The notes under the pieces are model-generated. The model searched no databases and had not been told where the DNA came from. It was given only the letters and a program-made list of their open reading frames with translations. From the NCBI GenBank assembly GCA_015520605.1, contig WAPT01000023.1, positions 1 through 30,912 on the forward strand: a stretch of 30,912 nt of DNA, written 5' to 3'. How positions within the stretch are numbered: the first letter of the stretch is position 1; every line of letters starts with the position of its first letter. Shown in pieces: positions 26,307-30,912 of the stretch. The stretch is from Nanobdellati archaeon (GTDB lineage: Archaea > EX4484-52 > WAPT01). A program made the translations under genes and the position numbers.

Positions 26307-28233
26307 GCGCTATCTTACTTTTTATGGAGTTGATCAGCATTCTTATTCTGCCGAGAGGTGTGGAATCATAAATAATGTAGGATGTTGCAACCTCACGTGA
26401 ATGATTATGCGAACTTTCACCAGCACTCTTGTGTTCCCAACTTATATTTTGGGAAGCTAAGAGAGACGGTAGAGCTGTGGCATTGCAGTTGCAAATTTGA
26501 GTGTGAGGTGCTGGTAAGATCACAACTTTGGAATTCACATCACACTTCTTTTTGTCTTTTGAAAGCCTAATTCTAAGAGTGCAGGTTTTCATCATGTTAA
26601 TTTCCTTTATTCTGTTTTTGAGAACAATAATTTTTGTTTGGTTTGGCGACATAATGAGATCTTGTCTGTTTGCTACCCACCCTCCCTTGCTAAAGAGCTT
26701 GCCTTCACAGATAATATATGAGTAAATGGAGATATTAATTGGCTTGGTGGTGTTACGGTTTCCCAGTAGGATATAGGTGGTTAGATCACCACCCCCAACC
26801 GCAGCAGGAGGGTGTGAAACATTTAATACCTTTGCAGAGAGACAGCTTTTTGAAATGGTCGCTTTCTCTTTTGTTTTTGTTTGTGGAACAGAACATGTTG
26901 AAGTTTTCGTTACGACTTCTTTAATGCAGTAAGAAGGCGTCCGATCTTTGATTGTTATCAACCATTCATCCCTCAAGCCCCACGAACTTTCGGCAACAAC
27001 AAAGTACTTGCCGCCTTTCAACCTTCTGTTGCAGTTGTATTTTATTTGCACGGGAAGATATAAAGTGTAATTCTGATTTTTTCCGTAAAGCTGGATGGAA
27101 AGTTTTTCGGAAGCGTACCTGTTGGAGGATGCACTCTTAACGTAAACATGGACTGTCCTTTTGCTTTCACACCCGCGGTTTGCAATCAGCTTAACACGAA
27201 GGACATCCCCAAATTTAACGTTTTTTGCATCCACATTCTCTATCTTTACCACAGGTCTTACACATCCGTTGCTGTTGCTTGAACTAGCCTTGCTCTTTAC
27301 CACAACCATAGTATAATTATGGGTAAAATTGGTGAGGTTGATGGAAGAAGCAACGACTCTGGCGTTTATGAAGAAAACCTCATAACCCAGCTCGCTGGAT
27401 GGAGTCCACCGACGTATTGTGGTACATCCTTTTTGTTTGTCCTCACCAATTTCTATTGTGGTGTTGTAAGGATACCTCATAACATCTCCGTACAAATTCT
27501 CTATCCAGTACTCCACAGTTAGATTGACCGTTCTCGTTGGAGATGTATTTAGGTATGCGCATATTCTGTAGGTGAGGGTTGTGCCGGCATCGCAGACCAA
27601 ACAGGAAAGGTCTTCAATCTTGAGGTCTAGAGTGTATGTTGATGTTATTTGACCTTCCGTTACATCACTTGTATTGCAGATGTTGTCCTTCAGGGGTGTG
27701 GGGTCGGCTAAGACAATCTTATTGTTGCAGACTTGGACGGAGAACCCCTCTCTGTTCAGGGATTGATTATAGCTCAGAAAGCTGATTATGCTGCCGTCAG
27801 CACTTTTCAGAGTTACATTGTTCCCATCATTTTTCAGTCCTCCGCAAATGCTGCTTGAGTTCACGTGAAATACAAAGGTCAAGTTGGTTATGTTGAATGA
27901 GCTCGCGACCTCGCTTCCGCTGCCACCATCAGTGATTAGAGCAAACCCGCCTGGAGGGAGAACCGTCGAGTAGCTGAAGTTAACGAGCAACGAGGTATTA
28001 TTCTCCCTCTTCACGTATCCCGGAATGATGGAATCGTTGCATAGCAGATAAGAGGAGAGGTTTATGATCTCTTTCCCATCGTTGTATATTTCCACGTACT
28101 CGTTGTAATTATCTTTCTGTGCAGGATTAAACATAATTTCCGAGATCATGAGTGAAAACGAAAGATGAGAGAGGAGCGGGAAGATGAAGAGAAAGGTTAG
28201 CAGTGTTTTTTCCCGAAAAAGTAAAAACCGCAT
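26293..28233 (-). CDS. Secreted lamin-tail-domain surface glycoprotein
   Basis: Signal-peptide-like N-terminus, LTD motif ISEIMFNP..NEYVEIYN...GLKNDG.VTL...PTP, beta-rich downstream domains, many Cys, about 25 N-X-S/T sequons. Confidence 0.8.
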   Translation of the reverse strand: MRFLLFREKTLLTFLFIFPLLSHLSFSLMISEIMFNPAQKDNYNEYVEIYNDGKEIINLSSYLLCNDSIIPGYVKRENNTSLLVNFSYSTVLPPGGFALITDGGSGSEVASSFNITNLTFVFHVNSSSICGGLKNDGNNVTLKSADGSIISFLSYNQSLNREGFSVQVCNNKIVLADPTPLKDNICNTSDVTEGQITSTYTLDLKIEDLSCLVCDAGTTLTYRICAYLNTSPTRTVNLTVEYWIENLYGDVMRYPYNTTIEIGEDKQKGCTTIRRWTPSSELGYEVFFINARVVASSINLTNFTHNYTMVVVKSKASSSNSNGCVRPVVKIENVDAKNVKFGDVLRVKLIANRGCESKRTVHVYVKSASSNRYASEKLSIQLYGKNQNYTLYLPVQIKYNCNRRLKGGKYFVVAESSWGLRDEWLITIKDRTPSYCIKEVVTKTSTCSVPQTKTKEKATISKSCLSAKVLNVSHPPAAVGGGDLTTYILLGNRNTTKPINISIYSYIICEGKLFSKGGWVANRQDLIMSPNQTKIIVLKNRIKEINMMKTCTLRIRLSKDKKKCDVNSKVVILPAPHTQICNCNATALPSLLASQNISWEHKSAGESSHNHSREVATSYIIYDSTPLGRIRMLINSIKSKIALIFS

Positions 28234-28288
28234 TTCAAATTTAGCTAAAATAAATTATATTAAATTTTTGTTTCACCAACTTGGTAAC
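28234..28288. promoter_or_regulatory. Compact bidirectional promoter (LTD gene / map)
   Basis: A 55-bp AT-rich gap with TTATATTAAAT in the centre, about 23-25 nt from both ATGs. Confidence 0.5.
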
Positions 28289-29179
28289 ATGCTGAGAGAT
28301 GAGGAAATAGAAAAATATCTTGCTGCGGGAAGGATAGTTGCCGATGCCCTCGAGCTCGCAAGGAAAAAGACAAAACCAGGCGTGAGTGTTTCTTTCCTTG
28401 TTTCGGAGCTGGAGAATTTCATAGAGAAGAAGGGTGGAGAGCTGGCATTTCCTGTTAACGTTTCTCTCAACGATTGTGCCGCACACGATACAGCGGATAT
28501 AAGTGATGAGAGAGTCATCCCCGAAAATGCAATTGTTAAGGTGGATGTGGGAGCGCACGTGGATGGGTATATAGCTGATGCTGCCATAACCATCGATCTC
28601 AGCGGAAAATACGGAAAACTTGTAGAATGTGTTGAGAAGGCACTGAGCAGAGCTCTAGATCTCTTCACCCCGGGAAGAGAGGTTACGGAGATTAGCGAGA
28701 CGATACAGCGCACCATAGAGGGGCATGGATATAAGCCGGTGGTTAACCTCACAGGACATAAACTTGAGAGGTACAACCTTCATGGAGATGTGGCAATTCC
28801 AAACATCAAACTTAAAGTACCGTACAGACTGAAAAAAGGGGATGTTTTTGCTGTTGAACCGTTTGCCACGACGGGAAGCGGGAAGGTTGTGGAGAGTGGC
28901 GATGCCAAGATATTCTCATTCCTGAAAAGGGCAAAAACAAGAAACCCCGTTGCCAGAAGGATTCTGGACTTTGGGGAAAAAAGAAGAGGCTTACCCTTCG
29001 TTCTGCGATGGGTTTTTGAGAAGAAAACTCCAATGCTATCGATTGCGGTTAGAGAGCTTGTGAATAGTGGCGCTCTTTATGATTACCATCCTCTCAAAGA
29101 CATCGAAGGGAGCGTGGTTGCACAAGCAGAGCATAGTGTGATTGTGGACGACGAGCCCGTAGTCTACACGAGAATTTAA
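28289..29179 (+). CDS. map: Methionine aminopeptidase type II
   Basis: AFPVNVS..AAH, KVDVGAHVDGYIAD, NLTGH, AVEPFATTG, AQAEHSV. The start is probably ATG 28289. Confidence 0.96.
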   Translation: MLRDEEIEKYLAAGRIVADALELARKKTKPGVSVSFLVSELENFIEKKGGELAFPVNVSLNDCAAHDTADISDERVIPENAIVKVDVGAHVDGYIADAAITIDLSGKYGKLVECVEKALSRALDLFTPGREVTEISETIQRTIEGHGYKPVVNLTGHKLERYNLHGDVAIPNIKLKVPYRLKKGDVFAVEPFATTGSGKVVESGDAKIFSFLKRAKTRNPVARRILDFGEKRRGLPFVLRWVFEKKTPMLSIAVRELVNSGALYDYHPLKDIEGSVVAQAEHSVIVDDEPVVYTRI

Positions 29180-29191
29180 CAGAGACATTCC

Positions 29192-30256
29192 TTACTGAAG
29201 TACGTTCAAACCCCTCCTTTTCTTTTTACCGAACGAATTCACAATAACGGCAAGCGTAAGCATTAGTCCAACAATGACTATGGCTTTGCCTATATTTGTT
29301 AGGGTTAGCTGGTTTGTTAACATAAGCTCGGCAAGGACATCGGTAAGGAATGTGAGCGCGATTATCATTATTTCAATTCCGAGGAGTGCTGTGATTTTCC
29401 TGATCTTCTTGTCGATGTAGGCTCCTATACACCACGCCATTGCACTTATACCGAAAGTATAGATGGACGCGTTGAGAAACGTTAATATGCTTTGTAGAAT
29501 TCCGATAGGATTCGCGCTTTCAACTCCTGAGACACCTGTAACGATGCCGACTATGAATAAAGTTATGGATGTCAGGTAGAGGAATAAGGATATCCGCATC
29601 TTTCTCGCAGAATCCATTATGACGTTGATTACATGGGCCACATTCTCCTCCAACTGGAAGCCCTTGAGGAATAAGTAAATTCCCAGAAAACCTATTATCA
29701 ACCTTATCGCTGCAGAGCCAAAAGTGGCATAAAATATTAGCGCGACTGCAGGCATACCTAAAAACATTCTGGAATATCTAGCATCATTGATCATATGTCT
29801 CACAAAATTGTAGATGACAAAATACGTACTCTCTAACTTTGCAGCTTGATTCACTATGACTCTCTCAAGATACACCGCAGGAACCTTTCTGTTAATCAAT
29901 GGCAAAACCTGTTCGTCACTTGCACCGTCAGAAACAAAAATCACCTCATCCGCATCGAACTTTTCCAGAACATTTTCAAGCTGTTCGTTGATTCTTCTAT
30001 CAGACTCTATCCCTAACTTTCCGCTGCCAGTTATCACCGCAACTTCAACTTTTTCACCCTTGCTCTTTAGCTCATCATAAAGCTGCACAGCCCTAAAAAT
30101 GGCATTAACATCGGAATCTGAGGGATCTGCTAACCCTAACTTTTCTGCAGCATTTAGTACAGCATCTCTTCCTATTATTGGACCTCTCACATTTGCCTTT
30201 ACCCCAAGATCATCATCTCTATCCACACACAAGACGAGCACTTTGTTTTTGACCAT
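29192..30256 (-). CDS. DUF373 family membrane protein
   Basis: LVLCVDRDDDLG, GPIIGR, LADPSDSDVN, VSDGASDEQVLP, LESTYF, followed by a multi-TM C-terminal half. Confidence 0.9.
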   Translation of the reverse strand: MVKNKVLVLCVDRDDDLGVKANVRGPIIGRDAVLNAAEKLGLADPSDSDVNAIFRAVQLYDELKSKGEKVEVAVITGSGKLGIESDRRINEQLENVLEKFDADEVIFVSDGASDEQVLPLINRKVPAVYLERVIVNQAAKLESTYFVIYNFVRHMINDARYSRMFLGMPAVALIFYATFGSAAIRLIIGFLGIYLFLKGFQLEENVAHVINVIMDSARKMRISLFLYLTSITLFIVGIVTGVSGVESANPIGILQSILTFLNASIYTFGISAMAWCIGAYIDKKIRKITALLGIEIMIIALTFLTDVLAELMLTNQLTLTNIGKAIVIVGLMLTLAVIVNSFGKKKRRGLNVLQ

Positions 30257-30329
30257 AACAATTCTATCAAACTATAACAATAAATAAGTTGAGGACTTAG
30301 AGAACCTTAAGTGCTAACCCTCACATTCA

Positions 30330-30912
30330 GGCGTTACTTTGGTTTTTGTTGCTTGACTCGTTTGTTTTTAATCACAATCTATTATAATAGATCCTTATTG
30401 GATTTTTTACAACTCTAATTTTATCATGATTTCCCATAATTTTTCTAGTTTTGTTAATTTCTCTCACAAACAGACCGAATTTTTGGTTTATTGTGGGGAA
30501 TTATTTCCCATTTATCTCTTTAAACTCTCACATTTTGACAAAATTTTTGCAAATTTTACCAAAATTTATATTTTCGAGAAATCAAAATATATCGAGATAT
30601 TAAAGTATTGTAGTCTCGCGATTTAGCTGTTTTACCATACAAAAAATCGATATGAATAAAAAAATGTTTAAAAAATATTTTTTGAGAACAATATTTATAA
30701 TTATATTTATCAAACAAAATTTGTTATAAAATATTTTTTGAAAATCATCTTTTTTGAAATATTTTTTATAGAAAATAATTTAATAATTGAGACCCGTCCT
30801 GACTATGAAAAAGGATCTTGTCTTGAAAAACATAGAATTCTTAATTCTATGAATCTATATTCTGGATGAAAAATTATGCAAGATTTTTGGGTTTTCCCAA
30901 AAACAGCATAAC
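30330..30912. other. Very AT-rich non-coding region with phased A/T tracts, direct repeats and several perfect inverted repeats
   Basis: ATCTATTATAATAGAT palindrome (30377-30392); AAATATTTTTT three times (about 30673, 30729, 30757); hairpins CATAGAATT-ctt-AATTCTATG (30831-30851) and TTTTTGGG-tttt-CCCAAAAA (30884-30903); no credible ORF. Confidence 0.7.

Noticed and set aside
30290-30323. Imperfect hairpin TGAGGACTTAG...CTAACCCTCA as an ncRNA or tRNA fragment
   Set aside because: It is short and imperfect, with no tRNA or C/D-box features.
30426-30626. 66-aa ORF in the AT-rich region
   Set aside because: F/I/K/N-rich composition typical of spurious AT-rich frames; no SD or motif.
30660-30780. 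CRISPR array or Xer dif site
   Set aside because: The repeats are only 11-13 bp, low-complexity and irregularly spaced, and no 11-6-11 dif architecture was found.

Overview
Archaeal chromosomal segment, about 42% GC by eye, with no rRNA, tRNA, CRISPR or IS element recognised. The core genes (PolB with a CxCC insert, archaeal secF-secD, oapABC/arvABC, DUF373, a lamin-tail surface protein, mostly leaderless first genes) suggest a DPANN-like, probably thermophilic archaeon; this is inference. The left half is a minus-strand surface-glycosylation region. It holds a dTDP-L-rhamnose operon (rfbA-B-C-D) and a sulfate-activation cassette (RHH regulator, sat, alkaline-phosphatase/NPP-superfamily enzyme, cysC). 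That cassette is flanked by a frameshifted TauE pseudogene and a second probable remnant. Next comes an N-glycosylation operon (UbiA-type phosphoribosyltransferase, aglB, aglH, flippase) with a divergent B12-binding radical SAM gene. The right half carries a geranylgeranyl-reductase-family gene, a membrane-anchored orphan, an unannotated 40-aa ORF, oapABC/arvABC and secFD. It continues with a cytidylyltransferase plus glycerol-1-phosphate-dehydrogenase-like pair, polB, a sequon-rich lamin-tail protein, map, DUF373 and a terminal AT-rich, palindrome-rich non-coding region. The best candidate for an undescribed system is a PAPS-fed, AP-superfamily putative sulfotransfer module. Its RHH regulator carries the 'ERLRALGY' tail typical of sulfatase/NPP enzymes and has a perfect 18-bp palindrome in its promoter.
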